Assembly (NCBI GenBank): GCA_903813345.2
Contig: CAIIXF020000001.1
Span: 20,646,001 to 20,710,000 of the forward strand
DNA from: Owenia fusiformis
Lineage: Eukaryota
DNA length: 64,000 nt
Direction: 5' to 3'
The position numbers were made by a program, and so were the translations under genes. Every line of letters begins with the position of its first letter. Within the stretch, counting starts at the first letter, position 1. This document shows positions 38,101-53,100 of the stretch, piece by piece. The notes under the pieces are model-generated. The model worked only from the letters and a program-made list of their open reading frames with translations. It was not told the DNA's origin and ran no database searches.

Positions 38101-41100
38101 TTAAAGTTTTGACTTGAAACGATAAATCCATATGTTCTTAGAATATGAATCTTTTCATTAATAATGGCTCCTAAAGTAAGCTCAAAATACTCAGAATTAA
38201 ATAACCTTTCTAATGATACCTAATACAACCTCCTATGATCGTTTGTTTCTGAGTTCATAGGGGGGTGCAGATCCGCCGCCCTAACCGCTGGTGTAATTAT
38301 CTATAGCCTACCCGTTAAAGGGTTAAAAGTATCTGAGATTTATTACCTGTATAGCTTCATTCTGGCCTGTAAGGTGTCGGTTGGTCTCTTCTAGAGGGCT
38401 TAGTTTGGACTCCAGGGTTTGTATCTAAATGTCAATACATTACATAATTCAGTAAAACAACATATTGTTGATGTCACACTGCAAATAAACTAATGATAAA
38501 GATAGGGGCATTCTGTAGTAAAGTCATCAAGTCGTCTGAAGTGATTTCCCAATATTTTGTGCCAATTCTTAATAGAATAAAAACTTCACTGAGTAACCAT
38601 ACTTTATTGTAACACTACTCTACATGTAATATGCATTGACAATGTAAAGAAATTCATTGGGAAAATAACAGGTCAAAGTATAATTACCTTAGATTCTATT
38701 TCCTTAACATGTGTACTAAGTTGGTCTCTCTCTTCTCTCAGCAACTGATTACTGTCTGTTAAAATATTCAAATTTTCCACCTTTCGCATTAGCTCAGCAT
38801 GTTGCGCTGAAGACTGCATATTCACCACCGACCTAACGAGTAACGACACAAAGTAAGCATACAAAGTAAAGATACATTTTTATATGTACTGTACATGGTT
38901 GTATGTACATTTAATCTGAATACCAATCAAAATTCTTGTAACAAAGCCAAACTTGTCTGAAAATTCTCGTAACTAAGAGCCAAACGATTTTTTAACTCAA
39001 CAAATTGAAAGATACTAGGTAAACAAGTAGAAATATTAAGTCATTTATGGTATGTATTAATGATAGATACTTTACCTCTTTCTTTCTTCATTGAGTGAGT
39101 TTGTAGCTTGCTGTAGATTAGCATTGAGTTGTTCCACCTGTTGCGTCAGCCTTGTTCTCTCTGCCTCAACAGCCTCCACTGTGGTCTGTGCTATCTCCTT
39201 CTCACGACGCAAGAATCTAAAGTGTAATATTGTATATAATAATAATAAAAATCTCATTTTCCTGTTTCATCTTCATTAGATGGCATCAGAATCGGGAGGT
39301 GAATTATCGCAATATGTGAATTATTAATCTGCACATATCTGAGCCAATCAGATTTTAGATATTCTTATTGTCAAAATATTTATTTTGTCTTGTTAATATG
39401 AGTAGTCTAATGGGAAACAACGTTTTGGTCCACTTTTGAAAACAGCTTAAATTTTAATGAACGAGGCTAAACTACCAAAATATGGTCACATTAAATTTTA
39501 TGCAAGCCAAAAACTGTTTGATATATTCCTTTAAATCTCAAATCAATACAAGCAATCTGTGATTTGCCTTAAATGTGCAGAGAAGTGAGACATGAGTGAA
39601 GAGTTTTACAGACCTGATAACTTGAAGAAGCTGCTCTGATGATTTTGTATTTTCCTCACTGATGGAGAGGTCCAAAGAACCATAGGATGTGTCATGCTTG
39701 TCTGTGGTCTCTCTCACTGCACTCAGCTGTTTACTCAACTACATCAGAAGACATTAGAATTATCATCATACTCATCTAACCAAATGAACATTGCCAATAT
39801 AGATAGATATGATGCCTGGTACGTTAATGATAGCAAACATCAACAAGGCATTAATATGCAAAATGTCACCACCTGCCATTTGTTACAGACACTTAACGCC
39901 AGACACCAACCATCATTGCAAAAAAGTTTGAGACCATAAAAATATGTCACCACTTTTGGTGGTGACATAAAAATGAGGCTAGCATGAAAAAATGTTACTA
40001 ATTGGTAAACAAATTATTACAGATGGCTACAAAAGTGAAACAATTTGTCAAAGATGCTGTCTGACAACACTGAACATATCACAAAAATGATGGCTATAAC
40101 AATATGGAAGTAATGAAATGAGATGTCTGACTTACAGCTTCCAATTGCTCATGTAAGAGTAAGCTCTGTTGCTCCAATGTCTCACACCTCTGTTTGCTTG
40201 CTTCACACTCAGATTTCAAGATCTTCTCTTGCTCTTCCCAGGATTGCTGGAATAGCACACATTATGTTATTATATAGCCTTGTATCAAGACCCTGTCTCC
40301 CACTTACTCTCAGGGCTGTGACAAAGAGGGACTGAGAAGGGGTAGGGGTAAGGGGAGGGTCTACAAGATACATCTTTCAGTTGTCTACTGATTTTGTTCA
40401 TAAACTTCAAAAAGCAAAATATTACGAAATTCTATCTTTGCATATTAGCCTATTTAAAGACCAGATTAAACTATAAATCCACCAAAGCAAATATACTTGT
40501 GAAAATCATTAGATCGTACATAGTGTTCCAGTGTAACTGGTGGTGTTATTCCCTTGAATACACTGTATATGTAATTGTTTCACCACAACAGTTCATTGCA
40601 CATCCATGCATATGATTGGCCAGCTTGTCAAGTCATGTGACAGTCAAGAACGAGGCAATCCCAGATGGAGCAGGGTTTACTAATTAAATTACAAAAACGC
40701 TTCCAGTGAGAAACTCCCTCACTCGTTGTTGGATGAGACTGATAAATTTTTTCCAAGTTGAAGTTTTTCCAGCTCAACCAACGAGTTACAGAGTCCTCTA
40801 TTTTCCATCATGTTTCTTACCTTAGACTCAGCCAGAGCTTGTTCTGCCTTGGTTCTCTTGTCTTCCGACTCAGCTAATGATCTGTTGAACCCTTCGAGCT
40901 GAAATTTTAAATACAATTTATTTATTCCCCCAATTATTAGGGAGTGCAATGTTTAATTTCTCAAGCTTTATTAAATGAATAATGGTTGGAATGACTAAAT
41001 TCAAAAGTGTATACATACCGGTAGTTCATATTATTTATATCGCAAGTTACATTATTGATCGCCATATGGTGTTCTTTGACCAGGATTACATTTAAGTCTG

Positions 41101-44100
41101 TGAACAGATTTAGCCTTTAGGTTAAAAAACAGTGGCATTTAGCATTTGTTATTTTTCCTAAATAAATATGTTGTATTAAAGATATAGCACCTTTTGTTTT
41201 ACTTCAGCAGTGGCCTTAATATTCTCTGCATGCAGCATCATTTCTCTCTCATATTTGGACTGGGCCTCAGTGGCCAATTGGAGTTGAGCATTACATTCAT
41301 CCCTTGCTAGCTGTTCATTCCTAATTGCTTCCTCCCTCCTACTTGCAGTCTCCTCCAGTTCATTTTGTAGGGAGGTACACTGCTTCCTTAGATCAGCATT
41401 CTGCAGTTAGACCAAATGCGTACAGTATTTAACAACTACAGTGAAGGTGAAACAAATCTTGAAATCCCAAGAATCATGGTCCTTAAAAAAATTTATTGAA
41501 TAAAAAATAAAAACGATTCAAAAAGAATAAATCAGATTATCCCATGGTTGCATGGATATAGATCGAATATCACACGAAGATATATTTGATATGTGGATCA
41601 AGATATCATAGTTTAGCAAAAAATTCACAAACCATCGAATATCACTTTTAAACTTTCGAATATCACGTCTTAAAAAATGATATTCGATGGTTTGAAAAGT
41701 GATATTCGATGGTTTCGAATTTTTTCAAAAAAAATCTTTTGACATTTTTTAATTACTTTCAAAAATATTTTTTAAAAATTTCAAAAAAAATTTCAACATT
41801 TTTTCAATCATTTTTTCAAATTTTTTCTCAGATTATATTTTTCAACTTTTTTGCTGATGATGGTTTTTCAAAAATATCAATTATATCCACTCATGGATAC
41901 AAATATCTTCACTCATTCGCTGTGCTCACTCATGAAGATATCAATATCCACTCATGTATATAAATGATATTTCTTCAAAACCATAGGATATTCCTATAAT
42001 AGGTCAAGTTTTCTTGAGATATGTTGAATGATATCTTACCAATGCATGGCTGTCCTCATTGAGCTTGATATTCTGGTTGAGTAGATTCTGTCTCTCCTTC
42101 TCCACTACATCTAGTTGTTTCTCTAGTCTAGTCACACCTTAAGTTATATATATTCCATGATATTTTTGGCAATTTGAAATAAGTTCAATACAAAGAGCAA
42201 AAATATTACCATATGTAAGCTAATCTAAATGTTCCTAAAATATATCTACAAGCTCTCCAAGAGTTAGCCCTATCTTATTAATGATGATATTAAAATGATG
42301 AGAACATAAAAAAATTACGTTCTTACCTTCTTGTGCCTCTTGGAGTTTGTTCTCCAAGGAAGAACTGAACTGCTTGCTGGTTTGGTTCTGTTCCTTCAGA
42401 TTATCCTCAATGTCCTGTGCAATGGACTTATACTGGGCGACAAGACCCTCACTCTTGGACACCTCTCCCTTCAGGTCTGAAATATACATGCACACACTTC
42501 ATACTAATGAAAGAATAAACAGTCATGTACCAGGTATCACTGAAATCATTGTAAATGTGACAAAAATGTGTCATTTATGGGTCCGGATATAAACAAATAT
42601 ATGAATATATACATTCTTTAAGGATACTACTTTAAATGCATTTCAACGCTCGACTTCAAATGTTTAATATTTTGTGATTTTACAAGCATGTTTGTTGAAG
42701 ATTAACAAAACAATATCCAATAATCATTTTTAAATGATTTCATAAATATGTGATTATTAATTCTGTAGCCATGCACCAACACATCTCATAAAATATGAGT
42801 ATGTAATCACATTTTCTGAATAAACTACTAATCAATTATGAAATCTTACTTGATATCTCTTCATTAGCTTGTCTCAGCTGTACTTTAAGGTCACTGATCT
42901 CTTCTAAGTGTAGAGCAGCCTGTGAGCCTGCTGCTGGGGGAGTAGGGAGCTCTAGGTCAGGGGCAATCTTTCGGGTAGCGGTCACATTCTTCAAGTGAGT
43001 TTCAGCAGATGCAAGTTTCGCATCACTTTCAGACAACTGAAACCATTAATATAAATTATGGTACCTTAAATATTACCTCTTTAAAATATGGTCGTATAAA
43101 TGATCCCTTTTCAAAATCTGTGTTTTGTGCCATCTTTAAAATATGGTCGCATAAATGATCCCTTTTCAAAATCTGTGTTTTGTGCCATATCCCATATAAT
43201 GGAGTATAGATAGCAATTACATCAATGTTATAATGTATAAATCTTTACCTTTTGTTTTAGGGCATGTACATCGGCAAAGGCATCAATGAGCTCCTCCCTA
43301 GTCTTACAGTGCTTATCTCTCTCCTGCTGTAGCTTCTCTGACATATCACGCAGTTCTCTCTAGGAAATCCGAGAATAAAATATATAACAGAGGCACAACA
43401 GAGTAGCCCAATACACCCTGAGTATTACAGATTTGATGCTGCTCGGAAAAATCTCAATCATGGTGTTTTGTTGGGGTTTAAATGTGATATGAAAGGTAAA
43501 ATGGCTGAAATTGTTGTGTCAAACAAACTAGAGAATGTTCTTGTTTTGAGAAAAAATGAGGAAGTGTGCTAGTGAATGTTCTTGTTTTAAGAAACAATGG
43601 GAAAGTGTGCTAGAGTTGCAATCCTGTTGTTACCTGTAGACCTCTTGTCATGTCCCTGCCGTGGTCCTCTGTGGTCTCCAATTTCCTCCTGAGGACATTC
43701 ACTTCCTTCTCATAGGTCTCCAGCTGCTGGTTCAACTTTGTCTTCATCTCAAACTCTGCCCTCTCTTGGTTATTCTACAACAACAGTGGTACTATAGTGT
43801 ACATTGTTTACAACAGTGGTACTATAGCGTACATTGTTTACAACACTGGTACTATAATGTACATTGTTTACAACAGTGGTACTATAGTATACAATGTTTA
43901 CAACAGTGGTACTATTGTGTATATTATTTACAACTGTGGTACTATAGTGTAAATTGTTTACATCAGTGGTACTATAATATACATTGTTTACAACAGTGGT
44001 ACTATAGTGTACATTGTTTCAAACAGTGGTACTATAGTGTACATTGTTTACAACAGTGGAACTATAGTATACATTGGTTACAACAGTGGTTCTATTGTGT

Positions 44101-47100
44101 ACATTGTTTACAGCAGTGGTACTATAATATACATTGTTTACAACAGTGGTACTATAGTGTACATTGTTTGCAACAGTGGTACTATAGTGTACATTGTTAA
44201 CAACAGTGGAACTATAGTATACATTGCTTACAACAGTGGTTCTATTGTGTACATTGTTTACAGCAGTGGTACTATAATATACATTGTTTACAACAGTGGT
44301 ACTATAGTGTACATTGTTTACAAAAGTGGTACTATAGTGTTCATTGTTTACAACAGTGGTACTACAGGGTGTTCCAAAAGTAACAGGACTGGTGCTGGCA
44401 TTTTGTTAAATATGCACCAATCGTCTTCAAAATTTTACACAATGTACTTTCATGTATCGTTACTAAAACTGCAAAGTTTTGACAAAAATTATGTAACTCG
44501 GGTAGAGTTATGGTTGCTATGGTACCATGGCATCACAATACCCGGGGCAACATTCCACGCAGAAAGTTACATTAAGACAGAAAGAGACATTAAGCCTTTT
44601 GTATATCCCATATCAAAGTTAAAATGCAACAACTGATGGGAATTACATTTGTTTTACATATTTTGATATTCCTATGTATCCTATGTACTTTGAAAAATAG
44701 GCTCCTCTTTGGTCAGTAGAAGGGTAGCACTCTGTATCCATGACTCAAACACATGAGTGAACATGAGGACATGTCATGCATGGTCGATTGAACAACTTGG
44801 AGAAGGTCATTCTCATCTTTAAAGATCTTACAGCACTGATTAGCATTCCATTCTCCATGTAAGTAAAAATTGGATGTTGCATGATCAGAAGAGTATGGTG
44901 CATGGTTTTAGAACTCAGGACCTAGCTCCTCTATAGCTGCATGGTCTTAAATGTTGACCTAAGGGCAGGCGCCCTATCGAGGTGGATGACTGGCTTCAAA
45001 TTGGGTATTTTCAAAAACTCAACCATGAATTGTTCAGACTGTAATTCATAGTGATATTCCAGGAAATTGAATAAATATTATTATAATGAAATTACACTTG
45101 AATCTGAGTTTTATAGCTACACCTTTACAAAAAAACAACTAATAAAACAAACAAGAAATATTGTATTATAATAGGTGAATTAGATACTCCCTTCAGTAAT
45201 ACAAAAATGTTAGATATCACATTTTCAGAAAAAAGTTGCCCCGGGTATTGTGATGTCATGTTACTATAGTAACCACTTCTGAAACTATACAATTTTAGTT
45301 GCAATACTTCAAAGTACAATTTGTGAAAATTTGAAGACATTCGGTGCAAAATTGACAAAATGCCAGGACCAGTCCTGTTACTTTTGGAACACCCTGTATA
45401 GTATAGTGTACATTGCTTACAACAGTGGTACTATAGTGTACATTGTTTACATCGCTGGGGGTTAGCTGGGGGTAAGTATCAGTTTGCATCAGTTTTTGTC
45501 TATTTAACAATTAAATTATTAACCATTGAGCCTTTTTGTAATGCCTACAGAGCTAGAAAACATATTTTGTTACAAGTCTTCATTCAATAACTTTGTGCAA
45601 TGTAAGATAACATAAGGTAGCAAGATTGAAGTACACAAGAATAAAGAACCATTTAAGATGTTTAATAGCAAAATTCTCAGGAGAGATAACCTACCTGTAG
45701 TGTCTGTAAATTGGCCAATACAACATTCTGAGATCTCTGCTCCCTGTAAAGCGATTCCTTCTCCAGAATGAGTCGTTCCTCGGCTGTCTTGAGCAATTGC
45801 TTTTCTGCACGTAGGTTATCACACTGCACCTGGGCCCTGGCTAGATTCTCCTGGCTGGACATAACCTCCTAATAAAAAATATCATTGTATCATTGCAATG
45901 TATCTTTTGATGTTGAACATCTGTAATCAACTAGATCTCGACAAAGATAAGTAATATTTTAATATGTATCTGTAACCACAAAAAAACATTGACCTGTTGT
46001 TGAATGTTCTGAATGGCTTCTGATGAAATTATGTTTTCACCCCATTCCATTGACTTACTTGTCTTAGTGTATTAATCGTCTGTTCATGTTTGCCAATCGC
46101 TGTATGGAATTTCTGGTTCTTCTCTCTAAGACCATCAATCTCTCGTTTAAAACCTTCATTGTTGGTTTGGACAATCTTGTACCTCTCAGTGGCAAAGTCA
46201 AGCTGAAAATATTAGGATTTATGAGAGTGTAATCAACTTGGGTGTAGTTATTAAATCAGCTTAAAATAGCAAGTTTACCAGCAGGGGTTAATATTTGTTT
46301 ACTGTCAAGATAATGCATAATAAAAACATATACTATATATGGTTGAAATAATTACACATTAATAGATATAAATCAACAAACTTACTTGGGATGCTAATTT
46401 TGCATTTTGGACACGGAATTCATTCACCTCTTTGGTGACCTTCTCAAGCTGTTCATTAATCATCTTATAATTCTCTCCCTTATCCTTTTTGTATGTGTCA
46501 AATTCTCGTTTGAGTTGATTTAATGCTGTGGTAGTCTCTTCTAGCTTTCGTTTGTCTGCACTTGAGGGGGTGGGAACTTGTGAGGGTGTGGTCACTGGTG
46601 TTTGTGGGGTTTGTATTGGTCCAGGAGTAGATGATTGCATTGGGATAGGTGGAAGCTGAAATGTACATCAAATAGGCATTTATCTATTTATACTGCCTCT
46701 CTCTAGCATAGTTATACATGCAATAATTAACTATAGTTAATTATAGAACTCTATACTGTACTTCCTATCACCCACTTGATTTCAATGGGTGATAAGATAG
46801 ACAATAAAAATTAAAATACAAAACAACTCACTGGAGATCCCCCTGACTGACTGAGGAGCACTCTGTACATGTCTCTCTGCATCACTATTGACTTCACCAT
46901 CTCCTCTTGTCTTCCTCTGGCTGACTTCATCTCCTCAATCTGAGACATGGCTGCCTCCAAGTCATGCTGCAATGCTTTAGTCCTGGAATCCAATTTCAAC
47001 TAATGAGCAAAATTATATGTTATTTTACAACATAAAAGATGTTAGATATGCAAATATGTTGGTAAGTTGATGGCCAGATGTCATGTGACTATATGCAGTA

Positions 47101-50100
47101 AAAGAGTTACACGATAACTGACAGGAAGTCAGTCTGACAGTGTAATGATGGAGACTGCTCCAGCTACCCCTGCTCCAATTAATAGGTCAAAGTACGATAT
47201 TGGTAAGTTACTAACTTACTACAGTTGTTACTTACTACATTTCCTACCACTTTTCGCAGGCAAAAGAAACCATTTCTGTCAGGAATTTATTATTAAGTTG
47301 GGTTGGATATATATCATTCAATAAGAGTTATCTAGAAAACAAGTCAAACTAATAATTGTTCATAACTTATTGGGTTAACTTCAAACCATGCACAACTCCA
47401 AAAAAATTATATAATACAATCCCAAGTTTTGTAATTTCTAGAGTGAGAAAAGATTTTTATGGCAAGCACATTTATCCCACCCCCCCCCCCCCCCTCCCCA
47501 CCTTATAGAGCTGAACAGTTAAAGGTATAACATACTGGTCAGAGGAGGCTTGTATTTCCTCTTTCTCTTTCTTTTCACTCAGCTCCCGCACTACTCCTAT
47601 AAGTCTCTGATTCTGTTCCTGAAGCTCCTCTATACTCCTACAATAGGCACATTTGCGATTTTAAGTTTATTTACATTTGTACATTTAGCTGTTATAGTGG
47701 GATTATGGTGCAACTTAATATTATATATGTATATATTATAACTATATATTTACTTACTATCCCACCCTAAGTGCTTTATATTATTGTATAACAGCATTGT
47801 ATAACTGCAATATAAAAACCAACATTCATCATGTACAAGTCTTAAGAACGATATACAACTCTTGGATAGCATATACAACCCCTGGGCTGCGTATACAGCT
47901 CTCCGACTTGATCATACAACAGCTCAATTTAGGGTGGGAAAATAAGATCATATAATGGTTGATGCTGTATACTGTTATACTTGTGAGTATAAACACGATA
48001 CAATACAGAATCAACCATCATATAACCTGATACTCTATACTGACTGTCAAAATGATATACAACTGTTCCCCTGTTCTCACCTGAATGTGACAAGCTTCTC
48101 ACTAATGAGATTTGATGAACTGCTGACTTCATTGTGAGATACATTCATATCCTCATCTGTCTTACTAACCACTGTACCTCTGGCCTCTTCAAGTTCCTTC
48201 AGTAACATACGCACCTAAACAACAAATGTTGACACGATTAAGATTAAACCACGTTAGGTGTTAAAAATAGAATGTTACTTCAATCAAAAATCTTCAATCT
48301 AAATTTCAACCTTGAAATCAGAGAACACCAACATATTTAATTTTGAATGCATTTATCTACAAAATTCATCCACAAAAAAGTTGGAGACTATAACAATATG
48401 TCACCACTTATGGTGACGACATAAAAAGTTAACATGGGCACAATAAGATTAATAACTAGGGATGTCACGGGACGAAAATATTTTGGGACGGGATGAGAAT
48501 TATCCATTTCGGGATGGGACAGGACATAACCAATAAAATAGTTAATCACAGTCAAAAACTTACATTTTCTTTCTACTTCCGGTTTTGCTCATGCAGGATC
48601 TTCTGAGCGTCACAAGAGAGCTGCGCATGTTGCGCAAAACTTGTTATCGGAGATTAATTTTAAGTTGCTACTTTTCTCACCAATAAAGTTCTTTGTTATT
48701 GTTTAAATTAAAGCATATTTCAAAGGGAGACACTGTTATCAATAAAACTACATATTCTGTCCTGAATTTTCGTTTAATATAATCACACATAGTATTGCCT
48801 CGAGATGGAATTTAAGCATGGACATAATCCGGCAGAGAAATTATAAATACGAAAGAAAATTCAAGTCTAGATCATATTTATCATGCATTTTGGAAGTTTT
48901 AGGGTCACACACAGGAGAAATAGTATATCCTGAACATGGACCGAAATCTTTGGTACATGGGGGTTGTCCCTCGGGACTTTGGTCTCGGGACGGGACAATA
49001 TCGGGAAACCATGAGATCTCTAACATTAACAGAATTTAATTGTTTATCCTCTATTTTCATGGACCTACCTGTTGACCTAGATCCCTAGTCTCTTGTTGTA
49101 ACCGTTCATTCTCTCTACCAAGATGGTTACTACGTCTGAATTCATCATCTGCCTTCACACGCAGCTTCTCACATTCCTAGTGGACAATAAACAGTGCAAT
49201 AAAAGAATATGGTAAATAGACTTAATGCAATACATATACAGAACATAAGATTAAGGGATATGGAGCAAGAAATTGATTCTCTCATATGTTATTAGACCGT
49301 TGAATTTTTCTGATCATTGTTATTATCAAAAGATTGTTAAATCAGAAATCAGAAAGAATTCTATAGAAATTCCTTTCTTGAAATCTACTATCTATAATAT
49401 TTAGGAATCATTCATACTCAATTAATAGACATGCCAATTCAAACATTTGTTTTATTGTGAAATCATGTTACAATTCAACATAATTTCAATAAAACATCAC
49501 AAGTGCAGCTTGTGCCAACCCTGCTTGTTCACTAATTTGTAATCTTTTGTATTACATGATGTCTTACCAGCATTCCAGTCTCCATCTGTCTGGTCAAGTT
49601 CTCGATTGTAGTGAGTGATGTCTCGTAATTCTCGCGCTGTTTCACCAACATAGGTGCTTTCTGTTCTATCTCCTGCAGTATGGAATATAGGGTATGATAG
49701 GCTGTCCACCAATTTGTAGTATATGATACTTTATGATGTAGTATATGTTACTGTACAATGTAGTATGTGATACAGTACAATTTACTATTACATGTAAAAC
49801 AGACTAAGGCCATAAGAAGTAGATTCTATGTTTTGCGTCCTGGCAAAATCCAAATCATGCAAGGGTACAAGGAAAGCAAACACAAACTCAAGAAAAAAAA
49901 CACAAGCTTGTTTGCTGAGAAATGTATACATTTTATGGGGATAAAAAGGGATGACATACCAATTTGCAGGGATTACAAACATATATCTATACATTTTATA
50001 CAATTTAATTAAACTAGCTACTATTCAAGGGTTGAAACTAAGAAAATACACAATGTATGCCAAAGTAATCAATAACACTGTCAATTTTGATGCACATCAA

Positions 50101-53100
50101 AGTATCCGGCATTTCATCTGATTGAACAAAATGCGATGGTACTTTCAGACCCTTGAGACTGCTATTTGGATGTGTTTGTTTTTTCTGATTTACTCAAAAT
50201 CGTGCAAGCAAGGGGACACAAAACAAAGAATCTCCTTCTGATGGCCTAAACTGCTTTTGAGGCATTCAAATTTGAGTATTTAGATTAAGATGTTATATAT
50301 AATATGATTATTGATTCCTTTATTTCCTTACCTCTAATATCATATCCATGTAATTGTTAAGTCGTTTGTTTTCTTGTTTTTCTTTATCCAAAGACCTAGA
50401 CAGCTCCACATGCTCATAGTAGACTTGGCTCAGCGTTTTTCCTGATTTGAGCAGTTTGCTTGTTGCAGCAGCTGTTGGGGCCAAAGCTTCGATATCATCT
50501 TCTGTCAGAGCCAACATTCCTGAATACAAAATATTTGTATGACTAAAGTTACTCGGGAGAAGATAAAACTAAGATCTAAGATGATCTAAATTTTTGTATA
50601 AATGTAGTATAGTATTTGATTTTTACTTACCTTTTTTCCGAGACTCCAGTAACTCATTTGCTACTTCCAGTTCATTCTTTAGCTTTGTGATATCCACATC
50701 TACAAAATAAGTTTATATCAGGTCATTCAATGCGATCATGCAAAAATGCTTTCACTTTTTGATTTTCAATACTTTTGGTTGAAAGTTTCACAAGTACAAA
50801 TGAATGCAAAATATTTATGTAATGAGACACAAAAAATAAATTACTGTATAATGATTTGCCAAAAGTTTTGGTTGCTATTAGGGGTGAGACGACAACCCGA
50901 TGAGTCGAGGACTCGCGGGTTTGGGGCTTCGAGTCGAGTCGAATCGAGTCGAAGTTGATGAATCGAATCATTTTCGAGTTGATAAAAAATTCGAAAAAAT
51001 AAAAAAATTCAGAAAAATACTGTCAATATGCATGTTTTTACTCGATATTGCGTTGAATATATAAGTTTCAATGACTTGGATATGCTTGTATTAAATTATT
51101 ATATTGTATGTACACATAAATGAAAGAATATATGTAATAAAATCAGAATAAACTTACGACGAATTGTGTTTGTTTATATTTCCGGCTTTCCACCATTGAC
51201 GCATTAAAAATACGAACGGTCAAAAGCGATGTTGTTCGCACTTTATCTGACTCGAAACGGATTCGAAACTCGAATCGTCATTTTCTGACTCGAATCGGAT
51301 TCGACTCGAATCGGATTTTTTCGACTCGTCTCACCCCTAGTTGCTATTGTAACTCGTATTGGTCAATCATGCACACATTTCATACAGTTTGATTTCGTAA
51401 ATAGTTATTGTTGTTAAACACCCATGTTGTTCTAGATCACAATGACATTTCTATATTGAAATATATGTACCTCTTTTATCAATTTGGTCTTGATATTTCT
51501 TAGCTGTGTCCAACCTTTCTTGTTCTATATCAGTGTGGGCTGAAAATAAAACAAAACTCTCAATTTACTTAAAATATACTACAGAAATATTCACAATGTT
51601 TTCTATCTATCAAGATCTTCTGTTTTTGATATTTAATTGGCTTATGCGATGTTCCTTATGCAAATTTTGAGGGATGGTTAAGTTTCACAAATGGTATAGT
51701 AACTCATAACAGTTCTTGGATGTTCAGTTGTAGATGAACAACATTGGACTGTATACCATGCAAAGTAAGGATATAATTAACTCTTTAATGTTTTTGCAAT
51801 AGAAATTGTAGTTGTAATAGTTGTAGTATTTACAAGTGATCTCTCTTACTATTGGAGGCTTTACAAATTTACAGATTTACAAATTAAGTGGTCTATCTTA
51901 CTGTTGGAGGCTTCCTTGAGCAATCTCTGTAATTCCTTCATGGCTGATATCAGCTCCTCACTCTTTTTCTCTGACTCTTCGGCAGATTCCTGGAAAAGGC
52001 GAGTATTTTATATAGAATACAAGGCAATAACATGCAAAATGTCACAACCTGCCATTTGTAAGAGATGCCAACCTCTCTTACAGAGGCCACACACTGTTAT
52101 AAATGCTGAACAACAAAACCAGCCACAGAACTAAATGTCAGAACTTCTGGAGGTGACATAAAAATCTATAGAAGACATCATTTGTAGGGAAAAATGGTAC
52201 AATAACATTTTTAAGCACACATTAATGCTGCGGGTTACTTCCAAGTTTTTGAAACTAATTCATTTTACCAACCTTATAAAGAGTGACAAGTTTAGTTTGA
52301 GCTTGTAGCTCATTTCTGTATTGTTCTTCAATCTTGCTCTGGTTATCTCTGGACTTCTTCAGTCTTTCCATGTAGTCTTGTATCTTCTCTGCTTGAGTGT
52401 CTTGGCTGACTCGTCCTGCCTCAAGGTTGTCAGTCAATTGCTTGATCTACACAATACAGTCTATTACTTTAAGTAAGGTAAGGTATACAATCTGGAGAAA
52501 ACGTTTTACATCTAGGCTTGCACATGCACAATCATGTCATTCTTATTTGCACAAAAGTCTATGAACTTTTATCACTTCAATTTAAAGTGTCAAATTCCTC
52601 TTTTTGACATCAACAAATAGTTGTAAAACTAACCTCATCATCCTTATCCTGTATTAAACTCTGCAACTCTAGAATCTTGGCTGACTGGAATATTAACAAT
52701 GCAATTATTAGATTATTACTTTACAGTTGCAAGACTTTTTTAAAATAAATCTATTAGCTATAGTTCTGTTTTATATATCATATGTTGTATTAATAATCTA
52801 GTAATTTCATTTTTGTCTCAATTTAGAATAAAATGAAAATAATAAAATAATGAGGTGAGACTTGGTAAGGTCCAGTACAATCATTTCTCTGTAATAGATC
52901 TGTGAGTTAAAATAGTATTATTAGATCAAGCAAGTAGAATTGTATGTAACATATTCATCATTGTCATCATCTTGACAAAAAAATGTTTCAATTGTAAGCA
53001 AGAACATTTTGTGCTCATATCACTCCTTGAAATCTCTTCTTTTCCATAAATATGATTCTGCCATTCATTTCCTATACCTACCCTTTCTTTCCTGAAGTTT

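Noticed and set aside
38190-38326. piggyBac-like end (...AAAGGG|TTAA)
   Set aside because: No matching TTAACCC left end or TIR found nearby; at most a fragment.
43661-44636. ORFs of 179 and 209 aa with repetitive QQWYYSVHCL / YIVYNSGTI sequence; CRISPR-like appearance of the 30-bp array
   Set aside because: Translations of a head-to-tail minisatellite with no unique spacers and no cas genes, in eukaryotic context and antisense to a TPR intron.
51845-51914. Short duplication of a TPR donor region (tcttact(a/g)ttggaggctt twice)
   Set aside because: Only about 18 bp. The intervening sequence gives no sign of a usable exon extension.
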